Origin: Hyphomicrobiaceae bacterium
GTDB taxonomy: Bacteria; Pseudomonadota; Alphaproteobacteria; Rhizobiales; Hyphomicrobiaceae
Assembly (NCBI GenBank): GCA_013214245.1
Contig: JABSQE010000011.1
Location: 220 to 64,219 of the forward strand
Direction: 5' to 3'
Length of the DNA: 64,000 bases
The notes below the pieces were generated by a model. The model made no database searches. It was not told where the DNA came from and saw nothing but the letters and a program-made list of their open reading frames with translations. The position numbers and the translations under genes are program-made. Positions 50,669 to 61,518 of this stretch are shown one piece after another (position 1 is the first letter of the stretch; the number at the start of each line of letters is the position of its first letter).

Positions 50669-51831
50669 TTTACACTCTTTCTCATAAGAGCCATATCATC
50701 TCGATGGATCAGTTCTGAGCGTCCATTGTAGCCAAGAATCCCAACAATTTCAGTTGACTTCTTTCCAAGAATACGTTTTGCGTCTATATTCGAATATGCG
50801 ATAAGCCCACGCCCTAATTCTACACCAGCGATGCTTTTTATTACGACAACATCTCCTCGATCAAAACATCCTTCTATACGCTTAACTCCAGCTGGCAAAA
50901 GGCTTCTTCCTTCTAACAAAGCGCGCTCGGCTCCTTTATCGATATGAATGTATCCTGCATGTTTAAGTAAGCCAGAAATCCAACGTTTTTTGGTCGTTAC
51001 AGGATCAGATTGAGCTATGAACCATGTGCATGGACCACCTTCACTTAATACTTTGAGTGGTCGCAACACACGACCGCTAGAAATAACCATATGAGTACCA
51101 GCTGCTAGAGCAATTTTAGCTGCTTCGAGTTTGGTAACCATACCGCCTCTAGCAATGGTATTTCCTGAACAGCCCGCCATAGCCTCAATTTCCGGGGTAA
51201 TTTCACGGACTTCATCAATTCTGCATGATGATTGTCCTACATAGGATGGGGACGTGTATAATCCATCGATATCGGAGAGTAGGACAAGGCAATCAGCACC
51301 TATTATATTCGCCACACGAGCGGATAAGCGATCGTTGTCACCATAGCGAATCTCGGTTGTAGCAACCGTATCGTTCTCATTTACGATAGGCACTACACCA
51401 CGATCTAGTAATGCCTCTATTGTGCAACGCGCGTTTAGATATCGTCGCCGCTCTTCAGTGTCATCTAGAGTTAGCAAAATTTGTGCTGCTACCATACCGC
51501 GTTGATGAAAAACATCCTGATACGCATGTGCTAGGCTAATTTGGCCAACTGCTGCTGCGGCCTGACTGTAATCTAATTCTAATGGACCCGGAGGTAGACC
51601 AATCAAGTTGCGGCCTAAAGCAATTGAACCTGAGGATACTACCACAACATCCTTATGCTGGGCTCGAAGCTTTAAAATTTCATCAGTAATAGAATTGAGC
51701 CATGCTAATTTAAGCTTTCCGTTATTGCAGTCAACAAGGAGTGCTGATCCAATTTTTATAACAATACGTCGAGCTTCTGTCCATTCAAGGCGAGGTATAT
51801 TAGCTTTGATGTTATGTGTATCAATCATCAA
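50665..51831 (-). CDS. proB: glutamate 5-kinase (with C-terminal PUA domain)
   Basis: 388 aa. RIVIKIGSALLV..., VVVVSSGSIALG, NENDTVATTEIRYGDNDRLSARVA, and a PUA tail ...GDVVVIKS.... Confidence 0.95.
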   Translation of the reverse strand: MMIDTHNIKANIPRLEWTEARRIVIKIGSALLVDCNNGKLKLAWLNSITDEILKLRAQHKDVVVVSSGSIALGRNLIGLPPGPLELDYSQAAAAVGQISLAHAYQDVFHQRGMVAAQILLTLDDTEERRRYLNARCTIEALLDRGVVPIVNENDTVATTEIRYGDNDRLSARVANIIGADCLVLLSDIDGLYTSPSYVGQSSCRIDEVREITPEIEAMAGCSGNTIARGGMVTKLEAAKIALAAGTHMVISSGRVLRPLKVLSEGGPCTWFIAQSDPVTTKKRWISGLLKHAGYIHIDKGAERALLEGRSLLPAGVKRIEGCFDRGDVVVIKSIAGVELGRGLIAYSNIDAKRILGKKSTEIVGILGYNGRSELIHRDDMALMRKSVK

Positions 51832-52440
51832 TTATTCTGCTAGAAAAATGATTCAAGTTATCAATGGTGCAGGAATGCATCATAGCCGTGCAGTGATATG
51901 TGTAGCATCAAGATTTATTACTAAAAAGCTGGTTATCTTAGCTGTCAACTCAATAAAACAAGTAACCCATACGTTTCTATTATTTAACAGCACTTAAAAA
52001 TCAGTTTTGGTTGAGTTTAGCTCCTAAATGAATATTAATTATTTTAATTTATTGTATTTAAAGTGAAAATAATGCTCCAAATTTTAACCACTAAAAGATA
52101 GCAGATTTCCATAATATCAAGAGGTTATGTATGCTTAACTGTTAGTAGTAAGCTGTTGCGATTAATTCACGCATTTGTCAAATGTTTTTGATTTTAGCTT
52201 GAATAGCACACACGCGTATTGTAATTCAAAATGCTTTTCATATATCGCGCGAATTTTCTCTTTTTAAAACGTTTATGAAACTCGTCCAGAAATTTTATCA
52301 ACAAACAGTGTTATCACTACTAATTTACAGTACGTTTTCTCTTATCCATTGTGATATCAAGCTTTGAAACTATAATTATGTGGAATATGTAAGTTCGGTG
52401 GGTTTTAAGCAATGAGACTTGGTTAGATAGTTAAGAGTTG

Positions 52441-53325
52441 TTATTTACACAATTCTGAACTATTGCTGATTATTGTCCGTTTAGGACAAGCTTTGTATGT
52501 GCCTAACATTTTAAACTCTACTGTGGAACTAGAAAGATCCTTAAGTGCAAGTTTGACGTTATAGTCGCTAGGATGGCCCTCAATATCAACGTAAAACATA
52601 GTCGCGTTGAAGGATCTTCCTACTTGATAACTTTCCAATTTAGTCATGTTAACTCCGTTACTAGCAAATCCACCTAAAGCCTTGTAAAGCGCAGAAGGCA
52701 CGTTTCGAATACGGAAAATAAACGTAGTTATATACGGCTTTCCATCTGGGCTTGAGTCATCAGAATTCATCGCCAGTATTATAAAGCGCGTGACGTTGTA
52801 GTTTTTGTCTTCGACACTTCGTTCAAGAATATTAAGACCATAAATATCAGCGGCTATTTCAGGTGCAAGGGCTGCTTTAGACAAATCATTCCATTCAGCA
52901 ACCTGGCGAGCAGCTCCAGCCGTATCACCGGAAATATGCGCTGTTGCTTTCAGTCTACGAATTACCTGACGGCATTGTCCCAAGGCATGGACGTGGCTGT
53001 AAATGTCAGAGATTTTATCAAGAGATGTACCGTAGGGTGCCATAAGATGCAGATGTACAGCGAAGAACAGTTCGCCAATAATCTGCAAATTTGCATTTGG
53101 TAAAAGTAAATGTACGTCAGCTACACGGCCAGCTAGCGTGTTTTCAATAGGGATCATAGCACAGTGGGCATCACCCGACTTCACTGCAAGAGCTGCATCC
53201 TCAAAGGTGGCACATGCGAGAGGTTTCAGGTCAGGAAACATCTCGATACACGCGACGTACGAATTAGCACCAGTTTCACCTTGATAAGCTATTTTCTTAT
53301 TAAGTAATTTAGCCATCCATCTCAC
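52441..53325 (-). CDS. pheA: prephenate dehydratase
   Basis: 294 aa. IAYQGETGANSY, IPIENTLAGRV, TRFIIL, and ACT domain TTFIFRIRNVPSALYKALGGFASNGVNMTKLESY. Confidence 0.9.
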   Translation of the reverse strand: MRWMAKLLNKKIAYQGETGANSYVACIEMFPDLKPLACATFEDAALAVKSGDAHCAMIPIENTLAGRVADVHLLLPNANLQIIGELFFAVHLHLMAPYGTSLDKISDIYSHVHALGQCRQVIRRLKATAHISGDTAGAARQVAEWNDLSKAALAPEIAADIYGLNILERSVEDKNYNVTRFIILAMNSDDSSPDGKPYITTFIFRIRNVPSALYKALGGFASNGVNMTKLESYQVGRSFNATMFYVDIEGHPSDYNVKLALKDLSSSTVEFKMLGTYKACPKRTIISNSSELCK

Positions 53326-53417
53326 CAGATATTTTGTAATTCCCTATCAATGTGTTAAAAAAATTATATTGTTAGAGTAAATCCATGAACTTTTAATGAA
53401 TTTTAATAATTATCATT

Positions 53418-54164
53418 TCATCGTGGATGAGAAAAAATCTCTCTCACATGTTCAAGATCAGCTTGTGTATCAATGCTTAATGGAATTGTGTTAGTTATCG
53501 CAACATCGATCCGCATACCGTTTTCTAAGGCTCGCAATTGTTCAAGATTTTCACGTAATTCAAGTGTTGAAGGTTTAAACATAGAAAATCGTTTTAAAGC
53601 TTTGCGTTTATAGGCATAGATTCCGATGTGATGATATAATGATCCCTTTCCATAAGGGGCTGTTGCACGAGTAAAATAGAGTGCTCTGAGTGTGTTTTGT
53701 ATGCTGGTTCCACAGGTGGTTCCAACGACTTTTACAACATTTGATGTGGTGTTTTCGCGTTTAAATGTTATTTCAGACGCCAGTGTAGCTATATCCACTG
53801 CGGAATCCTTTAAAGGGGATAAACAGGAAGCAATAAGCGGAGGGTCAAAAACTGGCAGATCACCTTGCAGGTTAACCACAATTTTCGCTTGTGAATCCGG
53901 ATCAATTTTATTAACGGCTTCAAAAACGCGATCAGTTCCTGAGGTATGTCTTTCTGATGTGACAACCACTTCTCCACCCGCAGCACTGATAACTTTGGCA
54001 ATAGCTTCAGTATCCGTTGCCACCACAACACGACCAACATTAGAAGCCGTTGCTCTTCGCCAGACGTGTACTATCATGGGTTCTCCATGTATATCAAGTA
54101 GAGGTTTGTTTGGTAGTCTGGTTGCTTTCATGCGTGCGGGAATAATAATTAAGATTTTGTTCAT
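53418..54164 (-). CDS. kdsB: 3-deoxy-manno-octulosonate cytidylyltransferase
   Basis: I prefer the ATG at 54164 (AGGAAA 8 nt upstream) over the TTG at 54197. MNKILIIIPARMKATRLPNKPLLDIHGEPMIVHV, ...VVNLQGDLP..., ...EQLRALENG.... Confidence 0.9.
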   Translation of the reverse strand: MNKILIIIPARMKATRLPNKPLLDIHGEPMIVHVWRRATASNVGRVVVATDTEAIAKVISAAGGEVVVTSERHTSGTDRVFEAVNKIDPDSQAKIVVNLQGDLPVFDPPLIASCLSPLKDSAVDIATLASEITFKRENTTSNVVKVVGTTCGTSIQNTLRALYFTRATAPYGKGSLYHHIGIYAYKRKALKRFSMFKPSTLELRENLEQLRALENGMRIDVAITNTIPLSIDTQADLEHVREIFSHPR

Positions 54165-54828
54165 GTTGTGTTTCCTAGTCGCGAGGGGATGCACCAATTC
54201 TCAAAAGAATAGGATGTCTAGAATTTTATTATCTCTGACTTCATAAACTTCCCTAGAGAAAATGAAATTCGGAAGTTCTATTTTCTTTATTAATGTTCTT
54301 TAGAAAAAATATATATATCTTTAGTAGAACATTTATTTTTAAAATTCAAATTGGATAGATTGTGAGAATAAGCATGCAAAGTGAACTATGTAAGTTGATA
54401 ACTAACGTATATATTTTGCTATTTATTTCGCCCTCCTAGGAAATAGGCTGAAGTAGTGCAAACACTTAAAAAGCAAAAATATTAAGGATAGAGTAATAAT
54501 ATCAGATCGAAAAAGCACTTCAATGTTGTCATAAATCTTGTGCCATTAACTCCTGCTATGAGTGTTATATTCCTCTAGATGTTCTGTTCAGCGAGTGCTG
54601 AATTAGAAACATTTAACTTTGATAGAAGAAATTTTTTCAAAACTTATGGCATATAAACACTACAGGATTGGTGACAATAGGTCTCGTTAATGTTTTGTTA
54701 CTATGACAGTAGACCTTGTTGTAAGTTGCGAAGATAGTGGTAATTGTTACAAATCGTAAAAAAAGTAATTGATGAATGCAAAATTATCCAACATCAAATT
54801 GTAAATACAAATAAATGGAGAGACGTCT

Positions 54829-55401
54829 ATGATTAACTGTTGGGAGATTGGCAAAATCGCAGCAGCGTTTTTTGCAGCGTTTCTTGTTATCTTTACGGGT
54901 CAGAAAATCGTTCATATATCGCCGAACAACTCCTATCTGGAAGGCGATGAAGTGGGATATAAGTTGCCTGTAGATTTGGCTGCTACTGGCAAGTCCAGTA
55001 AGCATAATGCTTTATCAATATCAGCAGGTCTCGATTTTATGAAAATTGCAACTCTAATGCAGACCGCTTCAGTAGACTCTGGCGCATCGGTTTTCAAAAA
55101 ATGTGGTGCCTGTCACACCCCGGAACAAGGTGCAAAAAACGGCATGGGACCTAACTTGTGGAATATTGTTAACAGAGATATTGGCAGTATCGAAGGCTTT
55201 AAATATTCTGATGCAATATTAGGCAAGAGGGGTAATTGGACTTATGAGAAACTTGCACTCTTTTTACACAAGCCGAAAAAGTGGCTTAAAGGTACAAAAA
55301 TGGCTTTCGGGGGATTGCGGCGAGAGCAAGACATTGCCAGCGTTTTAATTTACTTGAGATCGTTAAGCGACAGCCCCGCGCCCTTACCTGCTGTGCAATG
55401 A
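54829..55401 (+). CDS. membrane-anchored c-type cytochrome (CycM-like)
   Basis: 190 aa with N-terminal TM IAAAFFAAFLVIFTG, heme site CGACH, and a distal ...GTKMAF.G... Met ligand region. Divergent from kdsB-pheA, as I recall for other Rhizobiales. Confidence 0.8.
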   Translation: MINCWEIGKIAAAFFAAFLVIFTGQKIVHISPNNSYLEGDEVGYKLPVDLAATGKSSKHNALSISAGLDFMKIATLMQTASVDSGASVFKKCGACHTPEQGAKNGMGPNLWNIVNRDIGSIEGFKYSDAILGKRGNWTYEKLALFLHKPKKWLKGTKMAFGGLRREQDIASVLIYLRSLSDSPAPLPAVQ

Positions 55402-55438
55402 TCTTAATCACACTAATTTGACAACTAACACCAGTCGC

Positions 55439-55474
55439 AGTCCTTATTGGAAGTTCCAATGAGGACTTTCTTTG
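55439..55474 (+). terminator. rho-independent terminator after the cytochrome c gene
   Basis: AGTCCTTATTGGA-AGT-TCCAATGAGGACT forms a 13-bp stem with one G.U pair, followed by TTCTTTG, 38 nt after the stop. Confidence 0.65.
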
Positions 55475-55948
55475 GGACTGGGCTTTAGTGCAATGCTACA
55501 ACTGTTGTTACAACTTTTAACTCTGTATTGTAAGTTGCCATTTTATTGTTTAAATCTATCCTGCATTTAAGTAATTTCTTATTGCTTCGTATTAATTAGT
55601 TCCGTGCATAATAATATGAGACTGAATAGAGTTTAGTTTAACTTCTAAAACATTTGCTGAAATGAAACCTACGCTTAGTATGTTCAATGTAAAGGCTTTC
55701 TCATTTAATTGAAAACATGTGTCGGAAGACATTTCAATAGATGTCTGAACTGGTAAGATTGTGTGATGATTGCAACGCAGTTTGATTAAAGCAAATTTTC
55801 CTAATCTAAAACATTTAAAAATTTAGTTGCTCATGATATTTCATAAACACTATTTAAAAGCTATTACCTCATATTTGAATTCTATTGAGGTTGTAGGTTA
55901 ACCATTGAGAGCAATTTTTTTGACTGTTTTTGACGAACAGGGGCAATT

Positions 55949-57343
55949 ATGGCAACTATATGCACTGTGCTTAAATTCCAAAGGCAGGTGAGTTGCTTGC
56001 TTATTACTAGTTTTGTTCTTTACTTTGAGGCGTTGAGTGTTTCGGCAACCGCTGAGACACTAAATCAGTCACTTTCATACGCATATCATCATAATCCTAA
56101 GCTTGACGCAGAGCGTGCGAGACTTCAATCAACAGGTGAGACTGTAAATCAAGCTTTTTCAAATTATCGCCCTGATTTACGGTTTGAGGCATCTGCAACT
56201 GCAAAAAGTTTGCAGTCAGAGATAGATCAACTTGGCTCTGCTAATATTATCAAGGGATCGACTTACTCTGCAGATTATCGTTTGACCTTAAACCAACAAA
56301 TTTTTAGAGGTTTCCGCACACAGAATGCGGTTAGCAAGGCTGAGGCAAACGTATTAGCCGGTCGTGAAATGTTGCGCGCTACGGAACAAACAGTTCTTTT
56401 CAATGCAGTGAAAGCCTATATTGATGTTTTTCGCGATACTGCTATTTTAAAACTTCGAAAAAATGATATTCGTATTATGACTAAAGATCTAAAAGCTACT
56501 AAAGATCGCTTTTTAGCTGGTGAAGTCACTAATACCGACATAGCACAATCTCGTGCTCGACGCGCACGGGCTATATCAAATTTTGAGCTAGCGAAAGCAA
56601 ATTTGAAATCTAGTCGAGCAAGCTACATAAAAGTTGTAGGATATCCTCCCCGAATCTTAAAAAGTCCGCAATCCCCTAACACTCTATTACCAAAAACGAT
56701 TGTTGAAGTCCAAAAGAACGCCGAGACTAAAAATCCAAAGGTATTAGCCGCATTTTATAATGAACAGGTGGCTTTTTACAATACAAAGGAGATATTCGGT
56801 GAAAGGCTACCAACATTTAATATTCAAGCACAGTATTCGGTTAATCATACAGTGGATGAATTTCAGACGAAAAATCGAGACAGAACTGGAGCTATTAGCG
56901 GATTATTAACTGTACCTATATATCAAAGAGGCATTATAGGCTCACGTATGCGCCAGGCCAAGCATCAGCATGTGCAGAGTATGAGGTTACTACAAGAGGC
57001 ACGAAATGAAGCGAGAGAAAGTGCCATGACCGCTTGGGCGAAGTTGAGTGCTTCACGGGCACAATTGGTTTCTACAACTGCACAGGTTCATGCAAATCGT
57101 CTAGCCTTGTCCGGTGTTAGAGAAGAAGAAAAGGTGGGTCAACGTACTCTTTTAGATGTTTTAGACGCCGAACAAGAGCTTTTAAATTCGCAAGTATCAT
57201 TGATTTCTAATCGCAGAGATTTAATTTTTCATGCTTATGCCGTGGTTTCTGCTATGGGTCGGCTAACAGCAAAAAAATTGAAATTAACGTCTTATATCAA
57301 CGGTAAGAAAGAATATCATGCTAATTCTAACAATAGTAGATAG
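55949..57343 (+). CDS. tolC: TolC-family outer-membrane efflux protein
   Basis: 464 aa with a signal peptide ending ...SVSATA-ETL. LNQSLSYAYHHNPKLDAERARL, and two repeated coiled halves (...DIAQSRARRA..., ...TLLDVLDAEQELLNSQVSLISNRRD...). Confidence 0.85.
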   Translation: MATICTVLKFQRQVSCLLITSFVLYFEALSVSATAETLNQSLSYAYHHNPKLDAERARLQSTGETVNQAFSNYRPDLRFEASATAKSLQSEIDQLGSANIIKGSTYSADYRLTLNQQIFRGFRTQNAVSKAEANVLAGREMLRATEQTVLFNAVKAYIDVFRDTAILKLRKNDIRIMTKDLKATKDRFLAGEVTNTDIAQSRARRARAISNFELAKANLKSSRASYIKVVGYPPRILKSPQSPNTLLPKTIVEVQKNAETKNPKVLAAFYNEQVAFYNTKEIFGERLPTFNIQAQYSVNHTVDEFQTKNRDRTGAISGLLTVPIYQRGIIGSRMRQAKHQHVQSMRLLQEARNEARESAMTAWAKLSASRAQLVSTTAQVHANRLALSGVREEEKVGQRTLLDVLDAEQELLNSQVSLISNRRDLIFHAYAVVSAMGRLTAKKLKLTSYINGKKEYHANSNNSR

Positions 57344-58212
57344 GATGATAATCACTCGCGAAGTTGGAGAACGCAAGCTATTGAGTGTTGGTAATTAAAA
57401 TTTATTTAACAACGTCGTTGCAACGTAGACTTATACAATGCCGAAGCTTTGAGATTTATCGAACACCCGTTTTACTGCGTGTTAATTTTACTGAAAATAA
57501 AGCTAAATCCTTAACCTCTTCAGTACCCATCCAACTTTAAGCAATAGAATAAGACGTTCAAGTGAAATTCTTGTGAACAAATCTGATTGTGCGAGCTATA
57601 ACTATAAATAGTTTGCATTTCTTAATTAACTATTTAAAACCCGCTTAGCATTCTTGGCAGAGGTCTATTATTACTAGCTAAATTGCTGATCTCCGATTAT
57701 TTTTTCGTTGCAAGGTGAGTTTAGTATAATAATGCGAACGCCTTAAATAGATTATTCGGTGAACCATTGCCAACTAGACAAATTTACTAAGCTACGCCTT
57801 GATTGCAATATGGTAAAAAAACTTAAATTTCTTTATTGTTAATTTGTGCTGCTGATGTATTTAAGATTAGGACTAGATAAAAGTAGGCGTCTTTATCCTT
57901 ACTTTATTTTATTTCAAAAATAGCTGATACTATGGTTTCGGAAAGTTTTATGTGGTGGTTTGAAAGTAGCTTTTTCTGAATAGAAAGGTTCTGTTAGTTA
58001 TCTCTACTCTACACTTGATAAGTGAAAACATTGAAAAGTTTGTACAAAATTAGTATATAATTTGATGTAAATCAAATTATATTAAGAGGCAGTGCTATGA
58101 GCTAGCTGTGACAGTTAAGACATATTGAAATGGAATTAAGAGTTATTAAGTCATGATTTGACAGCAGTGCGACAATTTATTCTTTTGATATGAAAAGAAC
58201 TAGGGAAATATT

Positions 58213-60039
58213 GTGTACCAATCATTTGATGTTATCGATGACAGCAAAAAACTTTATGGAAGAGTAAAATCATTACGCGCTCTTATGCTAAAGAAAAATA
58301 TAGGTGCATTTTTTATTCCGCATGGTGACAGGCATAGTAATGAATATATCCCAGCCTATGAGGAACGACTAAAATGGATATCCGGTTTTACTGGTTCTGC
58401 TGGTTTTGCTGTAATTGGTCTTGAAAAAGCAGCAATTTTCATAGATGGACGTTATACACTGCAAGCAAAAGAACAGGTGCCGGAAGAATTATTTAATCTT
58501 TGTAGTGTCTCGCAATCATCACCTGCAGAATGGATCATTGAAAACCTGCAGTACAAGGGTCTAAGAGTTGGATTTGATCCCTGGCTTCATGTACTAGCAG
58601 AAATAAAAAAGATCGAAGCAATTTTAAATATAAATGGTATAGAACTTGTACCTTTCAAAGATAACTTAGTTGATCTAGTATGGGGAGACGAGCAGCCCAG
58701 ACCGCCTTGTGGCCCTGTTAAAATTCACCCTATGAAATATGCTGGTGTGTCTGCAACAGATAAAATTAAAGCTTTGCAACAAGATCTTTTGTTAGCTGAG
58801 CAGGATGCAACGGTTATAACCGCACCAGAATCCATATGTTGGCTTTTGAATATCAGAGGTAGTGATGTAGCTCACAATCCAGTAGCGCTGTGTTTTCTTA
58901 TAGTGAATGCTAAAAAAAAACCAGAGCTTTTTATCAATGAAGATAAAGTAAGTGGTTTTGTGCATACACAACTAAAGCCATTAGTCAACTTCTTTAGAGA
59001 TGATAGCGAAATTTTTAGTTTACGCCTCAAAAATCTGGCTGAAAATAACAATACGATTCGTATTGATCCTGAAAGTTGTTCAGTCTGGATTGCACAAAAA
59101 CTTTCTAAAAAGGCAGAGGTTATTTATGGAAGAGATCTTTGCTTGCTTCCAAAAGCTGTCAAAAATGACATAGAAATTAAAGGTACGCGCTCGGCGCACA
59201 TGCGTGACGGAATTGCATTTTGTCGTTTCCTCGCATGGCTCGATAGTATGGCTATACTTGGTGAAATTGATGAGATTTCCGCTGCGATGCAGCTTGAAAC
59301 ATTTCGACGAGAGAGCGGCTGCTTGCGTGATATAAGTTTCGATACAATTTCAGGTGCCGGCCCTAATGGAGCAATAGTTCATTATCGAGTAACTACTAAG
59401 ACCAATCGCAAACTTTTCTGTGGTGAATTGTATCTAGTCGATTCTGGTGCTCAATATGATGACGGTACAACAGATATATCCCGAACTATAGCTATAGGTC
59501 AGCCGACTTATGAGATGTGTGACCGTTTTACAAGGGTGCTAAAAGGTCATATTGCAGTTGCATCTCTAGTATTTCCAGCTGGAACGCGCGGAGTTGATAT
59601 TGATCCTTTCGCTAGACAGGCATTATGGCGCGTAGGACTCGATTTTTCCCATAGCACAGGTCACGGTGTGGGTAGTTACTTATCGGTTCATGAAGGTCCA
59701 CAATCTATTTCGAAGCGTTCTGAGGAAGTTTTATTGCCAGGAATGATTGTATCAAATGAACCTGGGTATTACAAAGAAGGCGCCTTTGGTATCAGGATTG
59801 AAAATTTAATGCTTGTGAGAAAGCACGAGGTATCTTCGAATGGAGAGTATCTCATGATGGCATTTGAAAACCTAACCCTAGTCCCTATAGATCGTCGTCT
59901 AATAATACTCCCAATGCTCACAATGGATGAACTTAATTGGATTAATACTTATCACCAAAAAGTTTATAGCCAAATATCGCAGAATGGATTATCTGAGAAT
60001 GAATGTTTATGGTTAAGAAAGGCCTGTGCTCCTCTTTAG
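58213..60039 (+). CDS. pepP: Xaa-Pro aminopeptidase (aminopeptidase P, M24B, long three-domain form)
   Basis: 608 aa with a GTG start. ...LYLVDSGAQYDDGTTDISRT..., HSTGHGVGSYLSVHEGP, and SNEPGYY..GAFGIRIEN (metal ligands). Confidence 0.9.
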   Translation: MYQSFDVIDDSKKLYGRVKSLRALMLKKNIGAFFIPHGDRHSNEYIPAYEERLKWISGFTGSAGFAVIGLEKAAIFIDGRYTLQAKEQVPEELFNLCSVSQSSPAEWIIENLQYKGLRVGFDPWLHVLAEIKKIEAILNINGIELVPFKDNLVDLVWGDEQPRPPCGPVKIHPMKYAGVSATDKIKALQQDLLLAEQDATVITAPESICWLLNIRGSDVAHNPVALCFLIVNAKKKPELFINEDKVSGFVHTQLKPLVNFFRDDSEIFSLRLKNLAENNNTIRIDPESCSVWIAQKLSKKAEVIYGRDLCLLPKAVKNDIEIKGTRSAHMRDGIAFCRFLAWLDSMAILGEIDEISAAMQLETFRRESGCLRDISFDTISGAGPNGAIVHYRVTTKTNRKLFCGELYLVDSGAQYDDGTTDISRTIAIGQPTYEMCDRFTRVLKGHIAVASLVFPAGTRGVDIDPFARQALWRVGLDFSHSTGHGVGSYLSVHEGPQSISKRSEEVLLPGMIVSNEPGYYKEGAFGIRIENLMLVRKHEVSSNGEYLMMAFENLTLVPIDRRLIILPMLTMDELNWINTYHQKVYSQISQNGLSENECLWLRKACAPL

Positions 60040-60593
60040 TTGGAAAGTTCATATAAGTATTATGGAATTCTAATTTTAGTAGCATGTAATTCACCAGTCT
60101 CTAACTAGATGGTATAGTATTTTTTAATACACAGGCTTAAGGTCACGTCGATTGACTTATAAAATGATTTATAAAAAGCTGTCTTAGGCATAAAATAGCG
60201 TCTGTAGTACCTTTGACTAGTTTTAATAATCATTAGATAATAAAGTCTTTGCCGTGAACTCAGTCTTATATGACCTAATGATAATTATTAAAATCTGTAA
60301 AAGTTATGATGAGTGAGTTCATTCCTGTAAGCGACTAGTCAATAAACCTGATGTACTATAACTTTAAATCAGGGCGCTTGGCTAAATATAGAACTGGTTT
60401 TATATTTTGATGGTTTAAAGTTTAAACAATGTAACGGTAGTTGATTTCTGTAAGCATATTATTATAGTTATAGTTATTTCGGTACTTTAGAGAAAATTAC
60501 GCGTGAAACAATTGTTACATACTCTTTTCTTTAGATATATTTATTCATCTAAAGTCTTAGTGTTCATAATAAATTAAAAAAATAACTCAGCTA

Positions 60594-61355
60594 TCATAGG
60601 GTGTATTCTATATCACTATCTTGGTATGAGAACACATATCCAGATAAGCCTCTGCTATTTGCAGAGGCAAGGTAAACAGCGATTTTTACTAGGTCAGATT
60701 TCGTGTAAAGGCAATCATCTGAGTTTAAAGTGCTGCTAGTTAGGTTGTTTTGAGGGGCTACTGCATTGATCCGAACACCTTGTTCAGCCCAATTGCTTGC
60801 TTCTAATACCGTCATTGAAGCTAGCGCTGCACGTGCAACTCCTGCAAGAGCTATTTCAGCTTTTGATTTAGGTTTTGGTAAACGCATTATATTGAGAATA
60901 GAGCCATGGAACCAAGTCAATCCCATTCGGTTTGCAGTAACTCGAGTGACTTGGTTTGCTATCTGCATAGAATCATGAAGAAAAGTTTCAATTTGCTCTA
61001 TTGTTAGAGAAGCTTTTAGATTGTTATAGTCAATTGGGATAAAGTTAATAACTGTTTCGATGCCACCGTAAGTTTGAACTGCCTTTTGAGCGAACCGAAT
61101 AGCTCTTTCAGAGTTAGTGATAGGATCATGGTAAGCGCTGATATTGGGTGTTATTTCCGCAACCATTTGTAATATAGCATCTGTCTCTGGACAGGGATTT
61201 GGAACTTGTAAAACTAGACTACAGTTGTGCTTAGCAAAGGCCATTGCAATATCTAAGCCGCATACTGGACTGATCCCGGTTATTAGTACACGGTTTCCAG
61301 CTAACTCAGAATAGTTATATTGGTATGATATTATTTCAGAAACGCTCATGAACAT
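60594..61355 (-). CDS. SDR-fold (short-chain dehydrogenase-like) protein with degenerate cofactor and catalytic motifs
   Basis: 253 aa with Rossmann-like VLITGISPVCGLDIAMAF and ...GVRINAVAP.... The usual NNAG, catalytic Ser and YxxxK positions read VINFIP, NIMR and ALAGVAR. Confidence 0.65.
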   Translation of the reverse strand: MFMSVSEIISYQYNYSELAGNRVLITGISPVCGLDIAMAFAKHNCSLVLQVPNPCPETDAILQMVAEITPNISAYHDPITNSERAIRFAQKAVQTYGGIETVINFIPIDYNNLKASLTIEQIETFLHDSMQIANQVTRVTANRMGLTWFHGSILNIMRLPKPKSKAEIALAGVARAALASMTVLEASNWAEQGVRINAVAPQNNLTSSTLNSDDCLYTKSDLVKIAVYLASANSRGLSGYVFSYQDSDIEYTL

Positions 61356-61518
61356 GCGACACTCTCCTCCTCTGTTAGGAGGTTATTCCACAACGATTCG
61401 ACTAAAGATATGTAAACGTAATAAAAATTTTAAAGAATTTAAGCTACTAAGGTTTTTAATTTCATCTGACAGTCGTATTTTGACTATCTTATTGCTAATA
61501 ATAACTAACTTAGTGAGG

